Below are positions 36,576 through 46,800 of a stretch of DNA of 64,000 bases, in pieces (position 1 is the stretch's first letter; every line of letters starts with the position of its first letter). The stretch is taken from the IMG/VR virus record IMGVR_UViG_3300020047_016550, positions 9,392 through 73,391 of that record; one strand, given 5' to 3'. Made by a program: the position numbers and the translations under genes. Under the pieces are notes generated by a model that saw only the letters and a program-made list of their open reading frames with translations, searched no databases and was not told the origin of the DNA. Source of the DNA: a virus. Its lineage: Duplodnaviria; Caudoviricetes.

Positions 36576-39500
36576 TTACATACAATCCATTAAATTTTTT
36601 AACTCCTGGCCGTATTGTCCGGCCGTATCAAATTTAAGCGAAGATAATTTGATTTGCTCAGCTGCCGTTTTAATTTTTTCGGGCCCGTATTCTTTGGCCA
36701 GCTCATTTTCCATCAAAACAGAATTTTCTTCATTAAAATCAAGCGAATTGAATGATTCGGGTATGCTGTAATTTTTTTTACTATTTGACTGATTTAAAGT
36801 TTCTTCATAAACATCTTTTATTGCCTGCATGGCTTTTTCTGCTTTTTCATCACCCACATACTCTTTTCTTGGTTGCCATTTTCCTTCAATCTGAACATTA
36901 TAGTTTTCAATATCTCTACTGCCTATTCCTGCAAAGTTTTTAGTTAGTGTTGGTGTTTCTGTAGGTTCAAATATTCCTATATCTGTTTTATTAACTACTT
37001 TATATTCAATTTGCCAAGCTTCATTTAATCTTGGTTTAACTTTAGAATTAAAATAATCTACACTCCACCCTTCTAATTTACTCCATTGTTCAGCATTTTT
37101 ACCACTACCTACTAATTTATGTAAGGGTTTTGTAACTTCGACTAATACTTTTTCTCCATTCTTACCTTCCCATTCTATAATATCTCCTTCTTTTAATTTT
37201 TTCCAATAGTCTATATGTCCATCAGATTCATATCTTGTAGTTGCAGTTCTTTCACCTTGCTTAATAGCTTCTATTGTAGAAATTGATTTAACATCTGACC
37301 TTTTATTATCATTATAATTAAAAGTCATTTTACCTTTAGCTGAAATAGGTTTTTCTTTTGTTTTTTGTTCAAAGCTATACCACTGTTCAGTGTTTATATC
37401 CCAAACATAAACAGGTTTATTTAACTTAATACCTAATTGCACAGCAGTATTTGTACCTCCTTTAACACCATTATCATCACTATTTAATTTAGCAATAGCA
37501 TAGACAGCATCAGCATTATAAACTTGGTAGTAGTTTCTGATCTGAAGATTCTTCTTTATTGTATCTGTATACTTAGTAAGATACTCTGGTCCAAGAAGAT
37601 CATTTATTTCAGCTTCAGCTTTATCAAGTTGTTCTTGAGTTAGAATAGTAGCACCTTGAATTTGTTTTGAAATTAATCCTGTTTTAGTAGTATTAAGCTC
37701 TGTAACTAATCCAAAGTTATCGAACAGCTCTTGTTGTAACCACGTTGCAAATCTTGTTGGTAATTTTGCTTTCTCGGTAGCAAATCCTGGAGGAAATACT
37801 AGTTTGGAATATCCACTATTGTTTATCCTGGATATCAATTCAGTATTTAATCTTGTAAACTCTTTAAAATCTGAATCTGTATCTGACCATTGACCACCAG
37901 CAACCTGAGTTTTCTTGGTGATTATAGCTAATGCATTTGGATTCCTGTTTCCATTTCTATCTGTCCTGATAATAGCTTGTGTCTGAGATACATTCTTATC
38001 AGTATCAAGCATTTCAGCATTCTCAGTAAAAATGAATCCTGTATCAGGATTATTTGGAGCAGTATCTTTTGTGTAATTAACTTTGGTAATCTGAACCCTA
38101 TCTCTTAGTTGCTTAGAAAGATTTGCATTTCCGGCATCTTTATAGTGTTTATGATTAGTAACACCATATTCTCTACCAATTAAATCCCAATAAGTATCTC
38201 CCCCATAAGATTCTCCTGAATGGTTTACAAAATCTTTCATTAAATTCGTTTTCTCTTTATTAAAATCAAATTCTTTGATTGTTTTCGCTTCACCACGTAT
38301 CGCCAGCGGCTTAGAATTTGCTTTGTCCAGATAAAATACTGTCCACTCTTCACTTTCCGCATTTTCTTTGGCCCTCACAAAACGGCTCTGGCCTTCTTTA
38401 AGCTTTTTGAATGCGGAATCTCCTTTATAGTCACTTTCGTCAACTTTGCTTATCATATCAGCCATTCCGGGATTATAACGTATCACGTTTGCTATCCACG
38501 TAAGTTCTTTTTTATAGCTCTCATTTTTTTTGTAGGCATTGACAACCGCTTCTTTTCTTTTACCGAATTCAATCCGCGTCTGATCATCAATTATGGAAAA
38601 ATAACCTTTTGCTTGTACGGACTCCGACATTCCGTTGTTTAAAACCTGGTTTGCCAGTAAAATCATTTTTTCTTCAAAAGGAAGCCGGCCGAATGCTTCT
38701 CTTACTGAATTTTCATAGTTTATGTCACCCACCCGTTTTTTATAATCGGAACTCAATGTTACCGAATCGGAAGTTTTTCCGATATCAATGCTTAATGCTT
38801 CTTTTAAAATTCCTGACTGTTTTTGCACAATTGCTATGGCCTGCTTTTGTACAGTTTCCGCATCAAAGTCAATAACGGCTGATTTGTCTATGATGTCGTA
38901 AATGGTTTCATAAGTTGATTTGATAAATCTTGAAGGCATGGCTTGAAGTATATTCCATCCGTTAAAAGAAAAAAACGGATCTATGGCCATTGCATTTCTT
39001 TGCATTAATGAATAACCCATTTTGTTTCTTTCAAGAATCGGACTTGTTTCGAATCCCGGCCAGTCAAATTTTTTCTGGAGTTTTACCATGGACTCCCGTA
39101 TTTTCAAAAGCTCCCAGGGCTGAAACGTAAAACTTTTGGTCATTTTGATAATCGGATTTAATACAAATTGGATATCCGATGAAACATTCATAAGTTTTGA
39201 AAGATGAACCAAAGCCATTAAACGGTCAATCGGTTTATCTGAATTAACATCGTATTGAGTAAGCTCAAACTTGTAAACATTGAAATTTCCGTCATAATTG
39301 TATGAGTCATTAAGCTCTTTGTTTTTTCTTAATAAATCGTCAATTTCACCGTCAATGATATCTTTCAATTCTTCATTTGAAAGCATGCTTTGTCTTTTGT
39401 TGAGCTTTTCATAGATTTCAGTAAAGAACGGAGATTGCATATAACGGATGACTTCTTCGTTTGAACTTCCCGACATTCTCATTACCGAAGCCAGGGTAAT

Positions 39501-42500
39501 GGTATCCGGTCCCATACGCAGTTCATCCATGCCTTGTTCTTTTGCATTGTCTGTCGCGTGGTTAAGTTTGTTTGCCAGCGCAAAAATAACGTCGTTGAGT
39601 TTTTTTGAAATTACTCCGTTTACTTTTTCCAGGTTTAAAAAGTTTCCGGAAGTAGGAGTGACTTTTCCTTTTAAATATTTTAAAACAGGAAAATTGAATT
39701 TGTGTTTTATGCCCTGTGAAAGAATATAAGTAAAAGCGGCATTGTCGTTTGCCTGAATGGATATTCCCGTTTTACCGTTGGAATTTGCATCCCATGAAGC
39801 AGTCATATCAACAAGACTTAACTGGCTTGGTTTTTCTTTGTTTGACGCACCCCGTTCGTTTTGTGCAATCTCAATATCTTTTTGCGTGTCAATGGGAGTA
39901 GTAAGATATTCGTGGTTTCTGGGTTTTCCGTTTAAAAGCGTTTCGTATTCGGATTTCATTGCTCCGATTATTTTATTGCTTAACGCTTTTTTCTTTTTGT
40001 CTTCAAGCCGGCGTTTTTCTTTTTTCATTTCAACGGCCCGTTCATCTGAAACTTTAACGGATTCAGAATTTAAAAAACGGTCAATTTTATCTAAAATATC
40101 CTGATCTCCTTGTGTAAACGTAACAAGTTTTCCTTCTTTTGTACGGTATTCACCCATTACATGCCGCTGGTCTCCGTCATTGTCGGAACCGGACATTTTT
40201 TGTGTTCCGGGATCCACTATCATCATGTTTTCCATGTCGCCCGTCGTAAATCCGGCAATTTCAACAAGTGAAACCGAATGAAGCGCGGAAGTCGGGATTC
40301 TTTCAATCAATACCTTGTCTCCTTCAACACGAAATTTTCCGTTTTCTTCAAAAATAGGATTTGTTCGGAATTCTCCCCTGTAGTTTTGGGCTTCTTCCAA
40401 CGTAGAGAATGTTTCACCGGCAATGTATCTGTTTGCAAATTCAGCGGGCATGATTACTTCAGGAAAAAGCCAGTGTTCTTTTCCTTCAATGTCTTTTACC
40501 GCTTTTTGGTTTTTACCTCCGTAAGTACGGAGTTTTATTCCCAATGCAGGAACTTCGGTAAGAATGTTTTTGTTTACTTTGGTATCAATCGCTTTTTTCT
40601 TTATTTCGGAACCTATGAGGGTATAAATTGTTTTTAATGCATCACGGTCAAACATCCAGTTATATCCCGGAATTTTCATTTTCTCGATAACCGGATTATA
40701 ATCACCTTCTTTTTGTCTGTTGATTACACGGTCTTTTGCATTTTTTCCTTCTTTTAAAAGTTCTTCCTGTAACCGTTCGGTTTCAATACGTGCAATTTCA
40801 TTTAATGAAGATACAATTTCCGGGCCGCTGTCCGTAGGTAAAAAATATGATATGCCCTGTGTGGGCATTTTACCTTCGGTTTCTTCCGTTGACTGTCTTT
40901 GGTCTTGCTGGACATAATAAAATTCATTATTCAGAATTTCTGTTTTAACCGATTCCGGATTTGAATCATTGTCAATTAAAAATGAAGCATCAGCCCATCC
41001 GTTTTTTTTCTTTAATGCTTCGAAAAATGCATTTTTTTGTTTTTCAATACGTTTTTCATTCAGTTTTCCTTCTTTGCTTCTTTTGGCTCCCGTCGTAAAT
41101 GAAATCTGATCAATTTCTTCGGCATCCATTAAATCAAGAATGTTGAGAAGAGTGTAATCAGGCATACCTCTTTCTTCATTAAAATTTGCAGCAAATTCAG
41201 CAAATTCACGGCTTATAAGAACGGTATTTGTTTTAATATAGGTATGGGCACCCGTAGCTAAATCCATTTCATTATAAATCGCTTTTATTGATCCGCCGAA
41301 ATCAAAAGTGTTTCCAAACGATTTGTTTATTTTTGAATTCTGTACTGAATTGATAATCGTGATTCCGTCAGCCAGCTCCGCTTTCATCGGTAAACCCAGG
41401 CTTTCAAAAAATGAAGAGTAAATCTCCGAATCAATTTCAAAATCCGGAATAATAAGCGCTTTCTGTGTTTTACCCATTCCCCCTTCTATTTCCGTATCGG
41501 GATTTACCCCGGAAGCCCTCATTTCGCGTTTTACTTTGTCGATAAAACCTTTGGAGTAATTTTCAGGATTTCCGTAATAAAAATGATCCGTAAATATTTT
41601 GTTCACGGCAAAAGAATAAGCAAACTGTAATGCAAGGTCATTGGCGGTAATTCCGTTTACCGTAAGTTTATTTAAACCTATTTTGCTGCTTACCGTGTTG
41701 AGCATTTTCAAATAAGTATATGAATCCTCCAAAAGTTTTTCTTCGGTGATTTCATTGGCTATTTTATTTATTTCGGGATTTTTGCTTTTCTGTAAATCCG
41801 AAAGTATTTTTTTAGATTCTTCTATTCCGTATTTTTTAACCGGAACATAAATCTGTTTTCCCTTATCGGACATTACCTCGACAAGCTGGCCCGTTTTTCC
41901 TTTTCCGAATAAGTTCTGGAAATCATTTCCAAAAAACATTATTAAATGATTCAACATGATGTCGGAACCTTTCTGCTGGTCCGCTTTCATGTTTCTGTTA
42001 CCCTGGATTAAAGCCCCGTCAAACAAAATCATTGTTCCTTCAGGGTTTCCGTTTTGAAGATAATCATTCCTCATTACGGTTCCGTTTTCCAGCTCATAAT
42101 CAAAACGCCTGTTTTCTTTTATTTCATCGGTTTTGATTTTGTGGGTAAGCTTGGATATCGTTGAATTGTATTCTCCGGTAGTTTTTAAGTCTTTGTTTAC
42201 GTCCTGGTATGAAGAAGCCAGCTGGTCCGGTTTCGGATCTAAATTCAGTCTCGCAATGTTGTCAATCTGTGGACTGATTACTTTTCCCGTAGTTGCATTT
42301 ACCGTTTGTTTTGTCAGAGAATCACGGACTTTTTTTGCCGACAATACGGGCTCGTCTATTTTAATTTTGTCATATATGTTGTAGTAAATATTAGTTCTGG
42401 GCATTATAAACGGAGCGTCAATTGCATATTGCATGAGATAAAAATGTGCAAGATTTTCAAATCCTTTGTAAGTAGGCTTTTTGCCTGTTTCAATTGACAT

Positions 42501-43841
42501 TGAGGATTTATTGTATTCTTTCATCATTTCCGGCGGTATCCCGGTTAACGTATGGGCAAACATAAGCTCCATGTTTTCGTATTCAAGAAGCTGTCTGTAT
42601 ATGACTTCGGTTCTTTTGTCTTTTTGGGCTTCATCCAAAAACTGAAGCGCAATTTCTTTTGCTTTTTCAGGATTTGAAGCTACGGCCGAAACGTCTTTCA
42701 AAAAGTTTTTGTAAGTCATTTCAACTTCCTGGTTCCCATAATTTATTTTCACTTTACGGGCCATGAACTGGGCAGGAAAACTTTGTTTTGCATAACTGTT
42801 CAGTTCACCGATAATCCATTTTCTTTTTTTCTCAAAATCAGAATAGGCATCTTTCATTTTTTTTACCGCTTCTTTTTTGTTTTCACGGTTTTCAAGTATG
42901 TCACTAATGGTTGAGCCCTGAATGAATTTGGTAAGGTTTGATGCTATTACGAATTTATTTTCGAGTGCATTGCTCAATCCTATCTGATAAGTGCCGTAAC
43001 TGTTTTCAATTACCCGGACGGCCGGAACCATAATCATTGATCTTACATATTGACGAAGGGAAACTAAAAGTTTGTTTGATGCATTTTCTGAGATTTCTTT
43101 TACCCAGGTGCCCAATTTTTCATTGTAGCTGTCCGCGGCCATAAAATATTCTTTTACGGATTTCTGCGTCATCTGAACGTTTTGCACATAATCAGAAATC
43201 ATCCTTAAAAGATAATCCGGAGTAACGTTCATTTTTTTGGCAACCGGGCTCCAAAGCTTATGCATTTTTTTGGTATCACCGTCAAAAGTTTTTTCATCAA
43301 AAGCCTGCGCCACACTTTCTTCCATCGCTTCTTCCAAAGCTTCGTTGTTGGTTTCAAATATTTCGGCAATGGCTTTCATTTTTTCTTTACGGGACAAAAG
43401 ACTTTCATTTAACGAAGCTTCCGTAAAACTTTCAAATCTTGACGAAATCATTGAATGGATCGCGTTAAAGTATTCAATGATTTCGTTATTGTTGAGTGAA
43501 TTGGGATTCACTTTTTTATCCATGATTAATTTTCTGGATATTTTTTCGGCCATACGGTAATTGTCGCTTTCATCCAGAAGTTGTGCTTCGGACATAATCA
43601 TGCTTTCATTGGCATCAATGATGTTTTTTACTTTTTCAGAAAGCTGTGTACGGTTTTTTTTAATCGCGCTGTTTATTTCATTAAAAAGCTGGCTTTTGGT
43701 AACAACTCCTTCGTTGATGAAATTTGCAATATTTTCTGATGCATAAAGCTCGTTTAGGATATCTTCATAAGAAGTAAAGCCTTCCTTTACGGAAAGCTTT
43801 ATAAATTCTCTTATCTCATCTATCGGAACGCATTTTTTCAT
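36576..43841 (-). CDS. Virion-packaged two-barrel RNA polymerase polyprotein
   Basis: RIPT....S then GSDNDGD catalytic loop (40170-40184); size and position as in crAss-like phages; start MKKC overlaps upstream stop (ATGA). Confidence 0.85.
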   Translation of the reverse strand: MKKCVPIDEIREFIKLSVKEGFTSYEDILNELYASENIANFINEGVVTKSQLFNEINSAIKKNRTQLSEKVKNIIDANESMIMSEAQLLDESDNYRMAEKISRKLIMDKKVNPNSLNNNEIIEYFNAIHSMISSRFESFTEASLNESLLSRKEKMKAIAEIFETNNEALEEAMEESVAQAFDEKTFDGDTKKMHKLWSPVAKKMNVTPDYLLRMISDYVQNVQMTQKSVKEYFMAADSYNEKLGTWVKEISENASNKLLVSLRQYVRSMIMVPAVRVIENSYGTYQIGLSNALENKFVIASNLTKFIQGSTISDILENRENKKEAVKKMKDAYSDFEKKRKWIIGELNSYAKQSFPAQFMARKVKINYGNQEVEMTYKNFLKDVSAVASNPEKAKEIALQFLDEAQKDKRTEVIYRQLLEYENMELMFAHTLTGIPPEMMKEYNKSSMSIETGKKPTYKGFENLAHFYLMQYAIDAPFIMPRTNIYYNIYDKIKIDEPVLSAKKVRDSLTKQTVNATTGKVISPQIDNIARLNLDPKPDQLASSYQDVNKDLKTTGEYNSTISKLTHKIKTDEIKENRRFDYELENGTVMRNDYLQNGNPEGTMILFDGALIQGNRNMKADQQKGSDIMLNHLIMFFGNDFQNLFGKGKTGQLVEVMSDKGKQIYVPVKKYGIEESKKILSDLQKSKNPEINKIANEITEEKLLEDSYTYLKMLNTVSSKIGLNKLTVNGITANDLALQFAYSFAVNKIFTDHFYYGNPENYSKGFIDKVKREMRASGVNPDTEIEGGMGKTQKALIIPDFEIDSEIYSSFFESLGLPMKAELADGITIINSVQNSKINKSFGNTFDFGGSIKAIYNEMDLATGAHTYIKTNTVLISREFAEFAANFNEERGMPDYTLLNILDLMDAEEIDQISFTTGAKRSKEGKLNEKRIEKQKNAFFEALKKKNGWADASFLIDNDSNPESVKTEILNNEFYYVQQDQRQSTEETEGKMPTQGISYFLPTDSGPEIVSSLNEIARIETERLQEELLKEGKNAKDRVINRQKEGDYNPVIEKMKIPGYNWMFDRDALKTIYTLIGSEIKKKAIDTKVNKNILTEVPALGIKLRTYGGKNQKAVKDIEGKEHWLFPEVIMPAEFANRYIAGETFSTLEEAQNYRGEFRTNPIFEENGKFRVEGDKVLIERIPTSALHSVSLVEIAGFTTGDMENMMIVDPGTQKMSGSDNDGDQRHVMGEYRTKEGKLVTFTQGDQDILDKIDRFLNSESVKVSDERAVEMKKEKRRLEDKKKKALSNKIIGAMKSEYETLLNGKPRNHEYLTTPIDTQKDIEIAQNERGASNKEKPSQLSLVDMTASWDANSNGKTGISIQANDNAAFTYILSQGIKHKFNFPVLKYLKGKVTPTSGNFLNLEKVNGVISKKLNDVIFALANKLNHATDNAKEQGMDELRMGPDTITLASVMRMSGSSNEEVIRYMQSPFFTEIYEKLNKRQSMLSNEELKDIIDGEIDDLLRKNKELNDSYNYDGNFNVYKFELTQYDVNSDKPIDRLMALVHLSKLMNVSSDIQFVLNPIIKMTKSFTFQPWELLKIRESMVKLQKKFDWPGFETSPILERNKMGYSLMQRNAMAIDPFFSFNGWNILQAMPSRFIKSTYETIYDIIDKSAVIDFDAETVQKQAIAIVQKQSGILKEALSIDIGKTSDSVTLSSDYKKRVGDINYENSVREAFGRLPFEEKMILLANQVLNNGMSESVQAKGYFSIIDDQTRIEFGKRKEAVVNAYKKNESYKKELTWIANVIRYNPGMADMISKVDESDYKGDSAFKKLKEGQSRFVRAKENAESEEWTVFYLDKANSKPLAIRGEAKTIKEFDFNKEKTNLMKDFVNHSGESYGGDTYWDLIGREYGVTNHKHYKDAGNANLSKQLRDRVQITKVNYTKDTAPNNPDTGFIFTENAEMLDTDKNVSQTQAIIRTDRNGNRNPNALAIITKKTQVAGGQWSDTDSDFKEFTRLNTELISRINNSGYSKLVFPPGFATEKAKLPTRFATWLQQELFDNFGLVTELNTTKTGLISKQIQGATILTQEQLDKAEAEINDLLGPEYLTKYTDTIKKNLQIRNYYQVYNADAVYAIAKLNSDDNGVKGGTNTAVQLGIKLNKPVYVWDINTEQWYSFEQKTKEKPISAKGKMTFNYNDNKRSDVKSISTIEAIKQGERTATTRYESDGHIDYWKKLKEGDIIEWEGKNGEKVLVEVTKPLHKLVGSGKNAEQWSKLEGWSVDYFNSKVKPRLNEAWQIEYKVVNKTDIGIFEPTETPTLTKNFAGIGSRDIENYNVQIEGKWQPRKEYVGDEKAEKAMQAIKDVYEETLNQSNSKKNYSIPESFNSLDFNEENSVLMENELAKEYGPEKIKTAAEQIKLSSLKFDTAGQYGQELKNLMDCM

Positions 43842-46800
43842 AATGAACACGGATTTCTTTTGTTGTCAATATTAGCAATTATTTCCTGTTTTTTCCTGGC
43901 TATTTCCTTTTTTTCGGTTTTGGCCTGTTCAATCATTCTTTCAAAACGTATGTCAATTTTTTCTTCTTTGGTAAGTGTAGGATCCGTTTCGGTTTCTATC
44001 ACAGAACCCGTTTGCGGATTTTTGGTTTTGGTCTGGAGTCTTCCGTTTTCGGTAATCTTTCTTGAACCTAAACCTTCAGAAATATTGCTTACCAATTTTC
44101 CGGCCGGATCACGTACTTCAATTTTATCTCCATAAGGTGTGCCGTCTTTTCTTTTTGCTTCGTCAAAACGGTTCCATTCGTTTTTTGGAACATAGTTCAA
44201 AGTCACCGGTAATGATTCTCCGGGTTTTAAGTCTTTGTATTTTTTTGGCAGTTTATAGGAAACCATTTGTAGTTCACGGCCCGAATTGTCAACTACCGCA
44301 ATCCGCGTTTCTCCGTTTTTTTGTGCCAGGGCCTTTACTTCCATTTTATACTGGCGTTTTCCTGTTTTCTGAAAAACATCGGCCAGCTTTTTTACGGTAG
44401 TTTTAAAACGGTTTGCATGGCTTAGTGCGTTATGTTTTTCAATGTCCGTTTTTCCTTTTATTTTTTGTTTTGATTCAGGTAATGATTCTTTTTTTCCAAG
44501 ATTTTGGTAATAATCATTTACGGCATCAATATCTAATCCGAATTTTTCAGAAAAATTTATTCTTAAGTCTTCAATTTCTTTTGTTAAATCAGTTCTGTTA
44601 TTTTCTTCTTCAATATTTTTTTTCGTAATTCCTGAAGGAAATTCATTTACTGTTTCAATAATTAAATCAATGACATCTTGTTCATCATATCCTGAATGGC
44701 CCTCACTTCTTAATTCTTCCAATAGGTAATCCGAAACAAAAGTATCTATTTTGACTCCTTTTTCTGAAAACCATTTTTTTTCAGATACATCGGTTACGTT
44801 TTCTTTTATTTCTTTTAATGGTTTAAATTTAGTTTTGAGGATATTTGACATAATTATTGATTTCAAAGATCTTGAACCGTTTTTTTGTGCATTTTTTGAA
44901 ATTTCATAATTATAATCTTCAATAAATTCAATGACTTGTTTTTTTGTTTTTGGAGTTAAAACATTGTTCCACCATACATTTATCATGTTTGGTATTTTAG
45001 AAGCTTTTTTTGAATGGCTTATGGTATGTTTTGATGATTTTTTTTCTGTGCCTTGATTATCCGTGAATATAATCTTTTCATTTTCAAAATCTATTTGAGC
45101 TTTTGTTGAAGAAGTTAATTTGTATCCTTGATTTTGTTTTGATTTAGATGATTTTGTATTTACAGTTTCCGTATTTGTTTTTTGAGCCGGTGTGCTTGTT
45201 TTGGTAGATGGTGTACTAACGGCTTCGGCAGCTGGCAATTTCGTCCCAATTTCTTTTTTCCCACTTAATATTTCAACAACATCATTTTTAAATTTAGATA
45301 ATCCATCTCTGTTTATTACATTACTATCAGTTTGCTTGTAATCAGCCGATTTTAATTCAAAAATAGCCTGTTCCATTTCAGGAGTAATATTATCCGTAAG
45401 TTCAAATATTACAGAAGCACCTCCTTCTCTCCCGAAAACATCACTTCCAGACATCGCAACTTGAATGTATTGTTTTTTATTTTTACTTTCAAAAACTCGA
45501 TATTTTGCACCCGTAGTTCTATAATGTTTTTTATCCGTAGTCTTTTCACCTTCAAAATTAACGTAAGTAAAGTCCGCAGATGTACGAGGGTCGGTATCAA
45601 ACGTCCTCATTTCATTTTCACCCCCTATTGTGTTTTCAATTTGTGTAAGTCCAGATAATGTAGAGTTCGATATTACTGCATTTTCATTAATTATAGAACC
45701 TTGATTTTGTTTTTCAACCGTTGCCTCACCCACTACCGTTTCAGCAGGCGAAACAACAGGGGATATTTCACCCCCGTTGTCAACCGTAGTTTGCTCAACT
45801 ACGGGGGGCACAACTTCAGGTGAAACAGTTTCAGCCGAAGATTCTTTTTTCTGTTTTTTGGATACGGGAACAACCATATATTCACCCGGTGAAATTAAAG
45901 TTCCGTTACTCCATACTTCATTTTTTATTACCCGCGTTACAGAACCTTCCGGCAAATCAGAAGTTGCATCAGGTATAATTTTTGATTCTTTTGAAATTTC
46001 ATTTGAACTTTTATATGCCGGTATTTCATACTCAGTACCGGCCAGGTCTTCAATTTCCGCTTCATATATTTCTTTTTCCGCACCCTCAAGCTCAGAAGGG
46101 TTGACATTGGCCAGCCATTTAACTTTGCTTTCCATGTTCACTTTTTCATTTATTGCCATGGCCAAAGCATCCTGGGAATTTTTCACGGTTTCTTTTTCTT
46201 TGTCGGCTAAAACAAAAGGATCGGTCTCAGGAATTTCTGCTTCCGTTTTTTCAGTTTCGGGCTCTGCTTTTTTTGCGGTTACTTTTAATGAAGGTTTTTT
46301 ATTTGCGTTTTTGTCCCTGTTTGCGATTTCATTCCCGGCAATGGCCAGAAGTTCTTTTTGATGTTTTAAATGCTCCTGGGCCCCATGTAAACCGTTTCCG
46401 CTTATGGTTTCTTCACCGTTTACGATATCCCATTTAAACATATCATAGTCAGGAAGATTTTTCTCGCTTTCGGTTTTAATCAAAAGTTCTAAATCGGCAA
46501 TATTTTTTTTGGTTGTCTCAATAAGGTTTTCAACTTTGTCAATGGTAACTTCCGGCATTGTTTTTTTTACCATTGCTCTTTCTTTCTGCAAATGTCCGGA
46601 TATGGCCACACTTTCAATTTCCATCAGTTTATCCCGTTCTTCCTGATTCATGGCCATTCTTTTTTCACGGGTTTCTTCAACGGCCTGTTGGGTGCCTGTT
46701 TTTTTCCCGTCAGGATCTGATGAACCCATGGCCATACCCATTAAAAAAGTTCCGGCCAGAAAGAATGTGGCATCACTTACATTTCCAAACTGCTGTTTAA

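Noticed and set aside
36566-43849. Split-intein trans-splicing through the terminal cysteines
   Set aside because: No intein block motifs or C-terminal His-Asn; Cys are not at splice positions
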